Positions 25,385 to 38,676 of a DNA stretch of 64,000 nucleotides are shown here, piece by piece. The stretch's first letter is position 1, and each line of letters starts with the position of its first letter. Origin of the DNA: Sphaerodactylus townsendi (taxonomy: Eukaryota); contig NC_059430.1 of assembly GCF_021028975.2 (NCBI RefSeq), positions 54,250,001 to 54,314,000 on the forward strand, read 5' to 3'. Below the pieces are notes generated by a model. It was given only the letters and a program-made list of their open reading frames with translations, was not told where the DNA came from and did no database searches. A program made the position numbers and the translations under genes.

Positions 25385-26061
25385 TAAGGTGACCAGATGG
25401 TCACCTTTCCATCCCGGGACGGGGAAGTGGCTGTGCACGCGCGCAGCCACAGAAAGCCATTGTTAACATCGAAAGTTTGCGCGCTTGCCGCTTGCCACCC
25501 CTGTGACAGGGCGGTAAACAGCAAGCAAGCTTCCTCAGAAGCTTCGCTGCGGTGGAAACAGAAATGCGCGATCGGGAAGCTTGATGCGGCTTGCCGTTTA
25601 GTCACTCTGTGACAGGGCGGCAAACAACAAAGCCACTCCTGAAGTGAAGCCCGCGCCAAGCATCTAAGACGGCATCAAGAGGGAGTTAGCAGCAGTTTTT
25701 TTTAGCCTTCGGCGCTTCCCGGTCTGAAACAGGAAGCGCCCCAGAAGACACCGCTAAGGGCTGCCGCGAGTGCCTTTCTTAAGCTTTCCCCTGTTTCTGA
25801 CCGGGAGTGTCAGCGATTAAAGGTGCGCCGCCTTTATGGGCGGCGTGCTCTCCCTGGTCAGGGAAACAGGAAGTGCCCCAGAAGCTCTCTAGGGCGCTCC
25901 CTTGTTTCCCTGACTGGGGAGCCGGGCCACGAAAAGGTAAAGCAGAAGCTTCGGGGCCATTGTCCGCAATCGGACAATAATGGCATAAGCTCAGTGGGAT
26001 CGGCGGACACTCTAATTAAAAGCTGAGTGTCCCGCGAAAATAGGGACGGATGGTCACCCTA
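25385..26061. mobile_element. hAT (Ac-like TIR) non-autonomous element
   Basis: taaggtgacca...tggtcacccta TIRs; perfect 8-bp TSD aacttatg; CpG-rich. Confidence 0.92.
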
Positions 26062-27219
26062 AACTTATGCCTTTTCTGAAGTGTTGCATGGGTGTCATGC
26101 AAGGGAAAGGTTAGAGTGAGAGTTACCTGATAGTTTTTAGTTTCACTTTCTGACTCAAATTAACATCTGCCTAAAAATGTCCAAAGCAATTATTCTGGTT
26201 GTATTTTCCCTACATAAAACTGAAAGCCTACAAGCTGGTAAAATATTACTTTGAGTCAAATCGTATATTTACTGTCTGTTTTTTATTTAAATTGTCAAAT
26301 TCAAGACTGAAGTTCTTGTAGAAATTTTGTCCTAAAGGCCCATGAAGTGGCTTTTGTTCATTTAAATTTAGCCTATCTCTTCAAACTACATTTTCAGAAA
26401 TATCACATTCTTTTTAGGAAGGTATTTCAAGTTCTGAATAATTTTTTCTAAATGGCTTATTAATGGCTCAGTCCATTCAGTGTTGTTTAACTGGAAAAAA
26501 AGAGGCAGAAATACATTCTATGTGGAGTTTACATATGTAATTTGAACTGTTTTACAAGCTACATAATTTTTCTTCAAAAATTATAATACTTCTGAAACAT
26601 CAAGGTAGTATCCTGTCCCATATCCCTATGATGCAAGTCACTTTGAATGAATTTATTGCTGTTTTCAAATAACGTATTTCTAAAGATTAACTGTGTTGTG
26701 GCTCTTGCAATAACTAAACTAAAAGAATATGAAGTATAATAGACTACCTGGTAAACAAGCAGGTAATCAATCTTATACACACAGTATTACAAATGCTGCA
26801 TCTGTAATTTGCTAAATACACATAATGATGAAGATTCATAAACATCCAACATATACTTTGTGAAAACACCGTTTACATGTGAGTAGACATGCCACAACTT
26901 CCAGTTGAAGTCCCAACTATTGTGTCTAATATACAAATGAAAAAAACAGGGTATTACAATATGAGTAGAAACTCCAACACCTATGTTTTAAGTCCAAATT
27001 GTTACATCCAATATGCAAAAATGGTCGTGTTGACAGGACCCTGAAATGCTCTGCTCATTTTGTAGTTCATAAAGTCTCGATTTCTTCAGATAGTCATTTT
27101 TGTCTCTTGCAGTTTATGTGACTCTTGAAATGTTACACAGAGAATTTCAATGTGATCTAGAGAATAGTTAGCCTTTAGTTACTCCAAGGATAGGAGGGAA
27201 AAAGCAGTAACCAAAGGAT

Positions 27220-27960
27220 CAGTGGGTACAAATTAAAAAAATTGTTTTTATTTAAATCAGATTTTTAAATAAAGTCCTTTCTGAGGAAAAATCTATCTAA
27301 AGATAATTCTATTTAGTATACATTATTGTCACAAGGTTATTGAGGATTAGTTTCTAGTTATGGAGCATGAGGCTGTATATTCATGCAATGTCCAAATTTT
27401 TTGTAAATGATTTCCATTAATCCATTCACAATGTCATGCTCTTCTAGAGGTTTCCATATGATTATTCTGGGCAGTTTTCTAGAAGATATTATCACTGATG
27501 CTTAGTCTGTCTTGCAATTGTCAACACTGAATTTGTTCCTATAGAGATAACATGCCTCTTCTTCACAGCAAAAATGTTATAAAATAAACATACATAGTTG
27601 AGCAAAAAAACTAATCCTATTGTTTCTTTGCAATCTATGTATACAGAATTAACTCTTTACTTCTTAAGTGCTAAATTTCCAGAAGTCCAATGAACAGAAG
27701 ATTGTTTGGACTGCACAAGGAGCTATGTATGGGGAGGGAGGGGCAGGCAGTATGCTAAACTGTTTACCCTTGCATTTAGATACTGCCAAATAGAATTGAG
27801 AATATTCCTGACTGTTCTGTTGAATATTTATTAGAATTTGAGGAGAGTTATTTTGTATTACTTGTTTGTCATACGTAACAAGCATGCATTTTATATTAAC
27901 CTTTTTGTTCCTTAACTGATTAATTGCCTGTTGGGATTTGATAAATACCAATTAAAGTGA
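27220..27960. mobile_element. Old DNA transposon fragment (hAT-like)
   Basis: tttaaatcagatttttaaat subterminal motif typical of hAT ends; boundaries uncertain. Confidence 0.4.
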
Positions 27961-29722
27961 TTTCATATTTACATAAAAGAACCATTATTGTTCCCTATAT
28001 AGAAATACAAATCCAACACAGAAATGTTCAAGGTGACCCATCTCAGTTGTAGGAAGAAGCTGTCATTGAGTCATGCATTTGTTTTAATCATTGTGGGAGA
28101 CTGAGAATGTCTAAAGAGTTATCAATAGCAGTTAATACTTTGCAAGACAAATTCAACTTGCAATGTAACTCCATGTTCCACAAAGTCAGAAGCAAACTGT
28201 CAGTAGTGACGAATGTAGGGGTTAAAATAAACCCTTTTGCCAAATAGGACACTTTTTAATATGCAAGCATACGCTATTGTGCAAATAATGTAACATTAAA
28301 GCACATTTTAAGTTTGCAGCCAAATTTTGATATTTTTGTTTGACAGAACTGTAATACACTTCTTAGAAATATAATCTGTATATATTCAGAAAATGGCACT
28401 TTATAATAGACAAATTCTTACTGTGTTCTGGCAGATAAAGTGCCCCGGGCCTATAGCACTCTCATTTTTCCAGTTCATTTCATTAGTGTTCTAGCTTTCC
28501 CTTTAATTTTTCTTTTAAAGTAAGATCGGGTGTTTGGAATGTGGCGCATGAACCTGTGGTATACAACTGACTCTGTTATTCTTGACAGTACATGAAACAT
28601 GAAATGATACAGGTTTGCAAAAGAAGCTATGTGAGAAGATTTTTGTTTCTGTTCAGTATCAGGAAACCACATTGGTAAAATAGTGTTAGAAGTGCAATGA
28701 AAGCATCTTTCTGGAATAAAGTAGCTATGTGATGTAAATCTCAGTTGTGATTATTATATCACACTACTTATAAATGCAGAGTATACGCAATAAAGAGGCA
28801 GAGGCAGTTGCTTACTGTAAATAAAGTTTACTGACTATAAAACAGTGGGAAGAGTAAATTTGATACAAAACAAGAAAATATCTTTCTAAGTGGCTATCTC
28901 CATTAGCTAGCTCTTTGCCTGGCTGTCACATGACTAACAAGCTACTAGAGAGCATGTGCAGAGAATAACAAAGGATATATACCTATTGCCTAGTGCAGAC
29001 CTGTCTGCTTGACCAATAGGGGTCAATTATCTGGTCACTGACTTCTGACCTCACTAACTAATTAGCATGTACAACATTAACTCCTTCATTATTGGATTGT
29101 GTGACTGGCACTTGCCAAATACCAACACTATGATATAACTGCTCCTTCTGTTACATCCAGTATTCTTCTTCTAATGATTAAAAAAGCCCGGAACCTTGTT
29201 TTTTCAGGATTGTAACATGTAACTGGCTATACATTTTCTCTACCTACCTTTTTTCCCCCCTTGATTGTGCTTATAATACCCAACTGTCCTTTTCAACCGT
29301 TCATTGTCTGTCTGTCTTTTTAATTCCAGAGTCATGAAAACTTGAGAGAAAGCCCAGTCAGATGTAATGTGCCCAGTGTCCTAAAATTGTTAGGAAATGT
29401 TCTTTGGGTTTGCGTACTCCCTCTATTGTGCAAACTCTCTTTCTCTTTTGGGTTTACTTTAACCTTGACATATCATGATGCTCCGTAATTGCCAGCAACT
29501 AAGATTTCATGCTTTGTGATTCGTTTTGTGAATTGTGTTGGTAAAGTCCTATAAATAGTTCATTAGCTAATACAGCTATCCTTTGCAGTAATCGTGGTTC
29601 TGAGAAAACATGGAAGAGAATTCATTCATTTTAATTCTCATGCATTTGAAAATAATACCAACAGTGGCTTACAAATTATAAAAACTGACTGTTACATAGA
29701 TAGTAGTGGTATTTAAAACAGA

Positions 29723-30271
29723 GGCCGCTTTCCTGATCGCTCATTATCATGGCCTGGGGACGGGATAAATGTCATTCCCTAGGAGCTATTCGCAGCTGCT
29801 ACCGGCATTCTGACTCGGCCCTTCCCCAGGTTAGCGGCTATTAAGTCGCCTTCGAAAACAACCCTTTAAAGGGTTGTTTTTTTTTCAACACGCTGAAATT
29901 CTCGGCGCTCGGGTGAAACAGTAGCACCGCCGGGAACAAAGCTAGTTTTCTCGTTTATTTCATCAGAATGCCGCTCCGTTGTTGAAAGGAATGCTTCATT
30001 TTCGCTTCCTCCCACCGTCCCTCCGGACTCTGAGGTCGGAGGGCAGCGTATGGCGACGCTGCGACGGCCAGCAGGCCGAATGCACGGGACATCGGTGAGT
30101 GGGATCGGGAAGTAAAGAGGCGGCTCCGCGGCGCGAGTCGCCGTTGCTTTCGCCGGCCTGCTTCGAGGTCGTTCGCGATGCTTCCATGCGAACGGTTTGC
30201 CTCCACGCCGGGCGTAGAATTCTGCCGGGCGTGGAGAGCAATTTCCACGGGCCGTAAGCGTGGAAACGGCC
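29723..30271. mobile_element. PIF/Harbinger-type MITE, CpG-rich
   Basis: ggccgctttcc...ggaaacggcc TIRs with 3-bp TSD aga. Confidence 0.8.
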
Positions 30272-30826
30272 AGAGTAATAAAATCACAACATAAAATGGC
30301 AACAGGAATAGAAAAATCTATTGGTTATTAAGCAGCCCCAGTACCATCCTAATGTGCACCCCCCCAAAATGAAAAACATGTTAGAATTTTAAATGGTTAG
30401 TTAATTACAAAGGGTTTACTAAATAAAGATGTATTTCAAATTTAATATGAGACTAAAACTAAAGATACTAAACATACTTCCACAGAAAAAGAGTTCTCAG
30501 TTCTCATCAAAAGAGAAAAGCTTTGTAATTGGGTAATACAATAGGATTTACGATAGGTTGATTTTTCCAGCCTGTAGGAGGGTGCTATATTTCTTTCCCA
30601 ACACTTCAGCTCCTGGAGATAATGATTTATGGAACACAGAAAATTTTATCTCCAGGAAAAATTTGTAAGTGAAGGATGGCAAACACCCACGCAGTGACCT
30701 CTCTGGCGAAACTGATGTATTTGACACACTGTCAAGGATCAGTGGTCTTGTGTTTCAAATCAGCAACTTCACATAGTCTTCTTTAATGAACTTTTCTGGC
30801 ATATGTGATGGTAGTCTCTGTATGTA

Positions 30827-31069
30827 CAGTCAAACCTCGGTCTTCTTTGCCCTCGGAGATCAACAGTTTCTGTCTTTGCCAGCTGCTCCTGGCTGTTTGG
30901 TCACCTCAGAGATTGGCGGGTGACTTTTGAATATCTCTGGTGTGCTGTTTGCGTTGTGCATGTGCAAACAGCATTGCGCATGCGCAAATGGCATACCCCG
31001 GAGTACGCCGTTTTCGATTTTCGCCGCCTGTTGCCGGATGGATTAGCAGCAAAAACCGAGGTTCCACGG
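30827..31069. mobile_element. Tigger/pogo MITE
   Basis: TA-cagtcaaacctcgg...ccgaggttccacgg-TA. Confidence 0.85.
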
Positions 31070-34000
31070 TACATACATAGGAATTCAGCAGCTATACTGG
31101 TATACACAGAAATGTCCAGAGAAAAGAGTTCCCTTGTGCAGCTCCAGATTCCCTGTAACAAGTATCTTCATTTTCCAGTCAGAAGTTAAACCAGGACATG
31201 CACCCAAATCTGCCAGGATGGTTTTCCTGATAATTATCTTACCACCAAGCAAGGATCATCCCCATATCAAGTGGTGTTTTTTTTTTAGATGAACTTCTTT
31301 GTTGTGGCAACGAACAATACAGTTTCTTCTGTTTTGGTGCTTCCACATAGTTCTTCAGGGCCTCTCCTATGCCCTTACAGTTTCTGATGTGATAGCACTT
31401 GTTCCTGGTGATAGTAGCATTAGTTCACACCACCTCTGAATGGAGTCTGCTGTTATTAATCTTCATTTGCCCAGCAACTAGGAAGTTCTGTGCAGACTCT
31501 TTTCCTGCCAAAGATAAATTCTGTTTTTCATCAAGTCCAGGAACTTTCTTTTTCTCTAGTCTCATCATTCTCTGGACTTGTGGAGAATCCTTAAGATTGA
31601 CATCCGCAGAACAAAAGCTATCAGAAATGCAGAATATCTTCTTATGGTATTTTGTTCAGTGATTCAAGGAAAGAATGTATTGAAGATGCCATTAAACTGG
31701 TGGCTACAGGACTGCACTGAATGCATTTATGGAATAGGGATAAGGGATTACAGTCATTATAATACAACATACATTTTTTTCAGTTCAATAAACATAAATT
31801 GTAGCCCTGAACACTGGTATTGGTATAATGAGTGATTTAATTAGCCTGTACCTTCTGTGGCTCAGAATGTTGGTGCAAAGAGTGTTGAGTGTTTGTGTTT
31901 CAGCAAGTTTTAATTTTTCTTTTAAAGTTGTCTGTTCCTGTGTAGGTTTCTCACAGTTAATCTATATTGCATACTTTTAGTAAAATGCTCTAATCAAGAG
32001 TTTTTCTGGGTGCTTGGGGTGAGGGAGGAGTCACATAAATAGACAATATAGTTTTGAAAAAAGTACAGATGGCTGGATTTTCCCCCAGCATGTTTTCAAA
32101 CTGAATACATTTGAAACCAGACAGGCATCGTTCAGCTGTCATATTGAAATAAACCAGTTGTAAAGATTAAAAAAGGCCAAAAACCTGGGAACACACAGTA
32201 GTCAATATACAGTATTTTACAACCCTGGGTAAACCCTGGGATAGCAGTTTTGTAGATCTGCCTTTATAATAGTAATTTTGGAAGGCATGCTCTCCATTGT
32301 GCAAACCTTAAAGGTTACATTAAATTGAAAACACCTCATTTTTTGAAATATCAAAGCACATTTCTAGGTATTCAAGGTCATAGGCAGCTATTTGGGTTGC
32401 TGCTATAGATTATTAAACAGTAAGAAACTCCAAGATTAATTCTGTTCCATGCTCATATAGAATCTGGGGCCCTTCAGTTTATCATATAATTTGGCAGCTG
32501 GTTCTGGACTTCCAGTGGTCAGGGAATGATTTTTTTGTGCGTGTGTGGTTTGAATGGCCTTCTTTCCTCTTTCCCATTGTTTACTTTCTCATCACTGTAG
32601 CTGTTGCAGCAAAAATGTTTTGTCTTCTTTGGTGCACCAAAACATAGGCTAATGTGGATTGGGATCTATTAATTGTATACTCCTTGACCAAAATGATTCA
32701 GCATATCCAGATCCTTACCCACAGTGATCTTTTATGGACTACATAAATCCTAATAATCTGTGATGAAAAACATTATTCCTAAATAGGTGATGTCCTTTCA
32801 CTGCTGATGCAATTGTCTTTTTCAGATTTCCGTTAGTTTTGCTTCATATTGCTCTTAAGTTTTTTCATCTCCTTGGATTTTGCTAGTGAATATTCATAAA
32901 AAATCTGTTAACCACTGAATATGATGAGAGAGGAGAAACTTTTCAAAGAGTTGGTGATTGGTTGTCTTTTATTTGTGGCATCTTTAGGCCCAGTTACATC
33001 ACAGCATACCTGTGTGACATAGTTATTCTGCCTAGGTCAGGACATCAGATTGAATGTTTACAGACAGAAGCATTAAAAGAAAAGAAGTAAATAAACTTGA
33101 GCTTTGTATATGCAAACATAGCAAATTGGACAGAATATTTGAGTCTGTCTTTCTCCTCTGTTACTTCTGAATATGCAAATAGGTTTTTACATGAGAACTT
33201 GAAATCCCACATCTATAAAGTAGCATAGTTTACCAACAAATCATAGCATTGTTGATACTATGTTTTATCAGTGTCACAAGATCTGGTAAAACACCAAAAT
33301 ACAAATTCTCTGCCATACCTATTTAAGTAGGATGAATGTATGTGTAGACCTTACTACATTTTGCAAGACCAAAACAGGATATCCATATAGCATCTCATTT
33401 ATAACCAAGTTGCTCCCCAGGTACACATACTTTAACATGCTGAAGGTACTAGTCCCCCTGTCTTATTCATTTATTCTACAGTACCTTGTCTTCCACTCTC
33501 TGCATATGTTCTTCAGACTAAACATATGCTGAAACTCTGTGATTGTGCTACAGCATTTATCAATAATTCAAAATGTTTCTCAGCTACTGCAGTCTATGAA
33601 ATGGCAGACTATAAAATGCATGATGCCTTAATTTGTAGGTGAACCAGAACAGCAGTCATGTGGCATGCACACTTGAGGCAAAATATACCTAACCGTCCCC
33701 TTGGAGATTGTAAAAATAATATAGAGGATAAGGATGTGTATTGCTTTGGATCCCAATAGGAGAGAAATGGGGGTATGAATTAAGTAAATAAAGGTTAAGA
33801 GGGGAAAGCTGAACTCCAAAGAATAAAAACTTTAGCAAGTGGCACTGAAAAAGTTCATCTGAAGATTATTTGACGCAGGCTTCAGAAAACATCTCTGATA
33901 GATAGTTGGAGAACATGCCTTGCCTTTTGAGTCTATAGAATTTTCACAGAAGAATAATTTCTTGGTTAATAAAGGTATGCCATTTCCCCTTAGCATCATG

Positions 34001-34270
34001 AAAACCGCCATCTTCTAGATGTTTGCTTCAAGGAGATATAATGCAGTTTTAACTGTTCTTTTTTAACCTATGTAAGCTGCCCAGAGAAGCTAATATGAGG
34101 TATAAATATCATAAATAAATAATAAATAAGTTCCATTTTCCCATCAGTTGTTTTTCCCCTAACTGTGCATCTTAAATGATGGTTAAAAAAACCCCTTAGA
34201 ATACTTTCTAACAGTTTGTACTGGTAGTTTTAGGTATCTCTTAATGTGACGCTGCCACTGTTGTCTCTAT

Positions 34271-35074
34271 GGTGAATTCCTCACAGTAGAAATAAAATGT
34301 CTTTAGGAGGTTTTAAAAATCACTTTGGGAAAGAAGTGTTCACAGTTGTCTCCCAAAATGTCTTCAAAACATTCTATTTCTCTCAACCCAGGTTTTTAAA
34401 AAATTGCTAAACTAGCGATCTTTTTACCCTAACCAGGGTTGAAGGCACTTCTGAGCAAACAAAAGCAGGCAGGAAATGCTTTATTTCTCCCACCCAAGCC
34501 TCTTACTTTCATTTTCACTGCTTTGCCTGCCATTTTGTGTGCTGCAGCAGAGATTCTCTGAAGGTTCCCCATAGAGGTTTTCTCTGCTTGCAGCTCATCA
34601 GTGCACGATTTCTATGTAAAAAGTAGATGAATAAAGTTTATTTTGTATAGTGATCCCACACATGTCATTCCCCCCCTTTTTTTGTTTTGAGGGCGATGTT
34701 TGCAAAGCTACAGTGACACTATTAGAGAAGATGCAATATGTGCATATTGGTGTTGCTGTAACTTCACAGACATCCCCCTCAAAACAAAAAAAGAGGAAAG
34801 GCAACATGTGCATGGGATTTCTAGGCAAAACAAACTTTATTGATCTATTTTTAAAATGGAAATCGTGCACGGATGAGCTGCAAGCAGAGGAAACCTCCGT
34901 GGTAAAAACTTTCACCAAATGGCAGAGGCATGGAGAATCTCTGCAGCAGCACATGAAATAGTGGGCACAACTGTGAAACTGACAAGAGCTCCATGCTGTA
35001 GGAACATAAAATGCCACTATGGATCTTTTTTAACAGTCTGCAGGATGTTTTATTTCTGCTGTGCGGAAATCATC
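34271..35074. mobile_element. Older palindromic DNA element (Harbinger-like)
   Basis: Ends ggtgaattcctcacagtagaaataaaat / ttttatttctgctgtgcggaaatcatc are inverted; long internal inverted arms around 34520-34960. Confidence 0.7.
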
Positions 35075-35233
35075 TCTCATCTCTGATTATTTTGCTTTAG
35101 TTCACCCAGTGTCAGCCTGTAGTTTGATATATATGTGAGAGGTAAACTAACATGTAAACTAACATGTGAGAAGTAAACTAACTAAAAATGATCAGACAGC
35201 ATTTTTAACTCCTGATGATTGGTGGGAAGAGTA

Positions 35234-35453
35234 CCCTGTTTCCCTGAAAATAAGACATCCCCTGAGAATAAGACATAATAGAGGTTTTGCTGAAGTGCTA
35301 AATATAAAGCATCCCCTGAAAGTAAGACGTAAAGTTTTTGTTTGAACACCAGAGCATGCAGCGGAAAAATTAGACATCCCCTGAAAATAAGACATAGCGC
35401 ATCTTTGGGAGCAAAAATTAATATAAGACACTCTTATTTTTGAGGAAACACGG
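35234..35453 (-). mobile_element. pogo/Tigger-type MITE (inverted copy of 23685-23935)
   Basis: TA TSD; both copies give the same spurious peptide MSYINFCSQRCAMSYFQGM in the ORF track. Confidence 0.88.
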
Positions 35454-38402
35454 TATTAATTGTGGTAGTTAACAAAGTCTTCAAATTTACTAAACAAAAT
35501 AAAACATTTCCTTTAGCTACAGACTCTGCTTAAAAACTAGATCTCAAAATTACATGTTTGGTCTTACTTTAATTATGTGAAAATATTGGGTGGGAACTAG
35601 AAGACTTGCAAAATAATTGAAAATAATGGGCATGTTTTGTGAAATGCCATTTCTCTCTCAAAAATCTGGCAATGTAAAATACTGGCAGAATCCTTGAGGC
35701 ATGTAATGAAGAAAAATGCCTAAATGTTCTAATAAGGTCACTTGAGGTAATGATACATGATATTCAGCTCCCACTGAAATACAAGAGACTTAATGTATAA
35801 TAAATCTTGTTCCTGATGTGAAACAAAGGATGAGACAACCGGGATGAAAACAGTTCAGTTGCAATTGCAAGACATGGTCACTCTTTCCGGCTTACAATTA
35901 TGCATTTCCTTAATTCAGAGCTGTGTAATGAAGAAGATAAAGGGATCACGTAAAGACCCTTTTCTTCTTGAAGAATTGTTAAAGCATGAAGATTGCTATA
36001 ACTCTTTGAAAAACCTCTTTAAATCTTGATTATCCTAAAAATTTCCTTGATTACAGTGTTAATTTTAGATTTTGCTTGCATTTAAAAATTGGAACTGATG
36101 ACACTTCTGGTAATTATGAAATTCTGCTAACTATGGAATTCTGATTAACAACTCCCAATAAGCAACTGACATTTGCATATTCAGAAAGTCTTTGTATTTA
36201 GCAGGAAATCTACATCTAATTGTAACATTCCTTGAGAGAAGTCTGACGGTAATCTCAATCTAGGAAGATTTATCTCTTACCAATCAAAAGACCCATAAAG
36301 ACCTTTTGCAACAAATAAATCTGGTATATTAGGATCTCTTATAATTGAAGGGCTTCTCCTTTTTAAGAAGCTGTGTCCACATCAGTACTCTGCCAATCGC
36401 TTTATTTTCATTCTGTAATTACGTTACCTGCCTTGAGTGCAGACGGTTCTCTGAATACATGTGCATGGTTCAAGTATAGACAGTTTTGGCACATAAATAA
36501 GTCTGGTGGATCTCCCTCCCACTTTCTGCCACTGTCATATGTTGCTTAAAAATGAATTGCTTCTATATCCACAGCAAACAAATAGTTATTCTGTGCATCC
36601 AGAAAGTATGGGTTGCTTTTGGATGTCGTGATAATGGCCAAGATGGACCTCTGGCTCATATTCTCCTTTTGCTGCAACTAGAAGATCAACATGTTTCTGA
36701 CTCAGAATGAACTGTCACAATGTCTGTATTTGCTAAATGACCAATTATGATTTGTTCACTGGCCTGCAAACCAGGACTAAAATGTAATTTAAACTCCTAG
36801 TTTGTGGCTGGAGAACAAATCTCATTTAGTTGTTTTTGATTAATTTGAATATTAAGCAAACTGTGGCTAGTTACAAACTAAAGACTCTGGTTGAAGTGAA
36901 GAGGGGAGGCCCATAAACCTGGCTTGTTTTTATTACAGTAAAAATGTATGATACCTCAAAATGCAGCCATGATTTTGCTTCCCTCCAAGTCAGTATTCCA
37001 AACAACAGTTTAATCTGGTTTTTATTAATGCTTCTTTTACTTTAGATTGTCGTTACAGCCTTTTAATCTCTATGTGATACTTTTTTGGGGGGGAAAAAGA
37101 ATAAATTACTGCTTACTGTGTAACACTCAAATCCAGGAGTTTTGGGGAGCCATTGAAATGGACAAAAAAGACTACTAGATGCATGGACCAATCTATTTTT
37201 TAAATTTTATTTTCAGGTACATTTTCCCTTTTAAAAAAACACTAGAATTTTTATTTCCTAGTTTCATTTCTATCAAATAAAACCAACTCCTTCCCCATGG
37301 GTTGGATCTGGTGTTTCATTTGTGGTTGTGGTGCAGTGTCTCTTATTTAAGAAGTGTTAATCGATGGAAGAAGCATTATCTGCTGGGCCAGAATTCTTTG
37401 TATTGGTAGTGAAAAAAAGGCACTATTTGTTACTGCTGTTCCACATATGGTGGAATAAGTAGAACATAAATATATTTTTTATTTGAATGGTGTAAAATGA
37501 AAGTCTCATTTAGCCTATTTGGGACATACATATGGTCTCTGTACAACACAGTGTCTGTCAGGGGAAAAATCATGACACTAAAAAACTGTTGTTTTAGTAT
37601 TCTGACTGGCAGCATTTCACATGCTGCTGTTTCTATCCCAGGTGCAGAAAAGACAGGCAGGGAAGAGGTCAAAAGCTAACTCTCTCTTCAAGTTATATAA
37701 GCAGATAACGAAGACATGAATGCCAGGAATTTTCTGCCTTGGATTTAATGAGGAAAAAGATGTCAGACTGCTGCAAATAAGAGATGAAGGCCAGTCTCTA
37801 GTGTTTCTGCAGCTGAAATCTTTGACTAAATATCTGTCCTGCATACGTAAATACCAGATTAAAGTGGTGAGCCTCACTAGGGGTGAACCCAGAGTCCCTG
37901 AAAATTGATCAGAGACTAGCACAACTTACTTTATAGTCGTGTTTTAATTTCATTACAAGATGGACATTATGCTTTTAGTGTGTCTTCAAAGTTATCATTC
38001 TAAAACAAACAGCAATAGTTCTGTACAATAATGATTTTCCATTATGGTACTGTGCAGTTTCTTCACAGTAAGTCGTTTATTAAAATAGCAAGATTAAAAT
38101 AGCAAGATTCATGTCCCATTAATCTGTATCTAATGGGGTAGGCTAGCTATTATCAGAACTGCTGTTACTCAATTGCAAAAGTGAAAACCCTGCACATGGA
38201 CAAATGGAAAAGTACATTCAGAGTAGATTTTTTTTATTTTAGAAAATATTTGAAGAGTAACTTCCAAAATAATTTTCCAGTGAAGAAAAGATTAAAAGTG
38301 AGATGTTTCTGGAGTCTTGATGGGTTCAGAATGCGGAGAACAGATGTTAAAAACTACGTTGGGACTTTAATAATGTGTTTTAAAAATATTCTGCTCTTAC
38401 TG

Positions 38403-38676
38403 GGAAGCCAGCTTGGTGTAGTGGTTAAGAGCAGTGAGCTCTAATTGGAGAACAGGGTTTTATTCATCCCTTCTCCATTTGAGTTGCAGACTAATCTGGA
38501 GATCTCCTCTACATGAAGCCTCCTGGATGACCTTGGGTCAATCACAGTTCTTTCAGAACTCTTCCCCACCTTCCTCACAAGGTGTCTGTCGGGGGCAGAG
38601 AAAGGGTATGTGATTGTAAGCTATCTGATGCTCTTTAAGATAGAGAAAAATGTGGTATAAAGATGTACCCTTCTTC
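38403..38676 (+). mobile_element. Squam3-type tRNA SINE
   Basis: ggaagccagcttggtgtagtggttaagagc head and cttcttc tail. Confidence 0.8.

Noticed and set aside
25385-30271. CpG islands or alternative promoters at 25.4-26.0 kb and 29.7-30.3 kb
   Set aside because: CpG richness is confined exactly within TIR/TSD-bounded young transposons.
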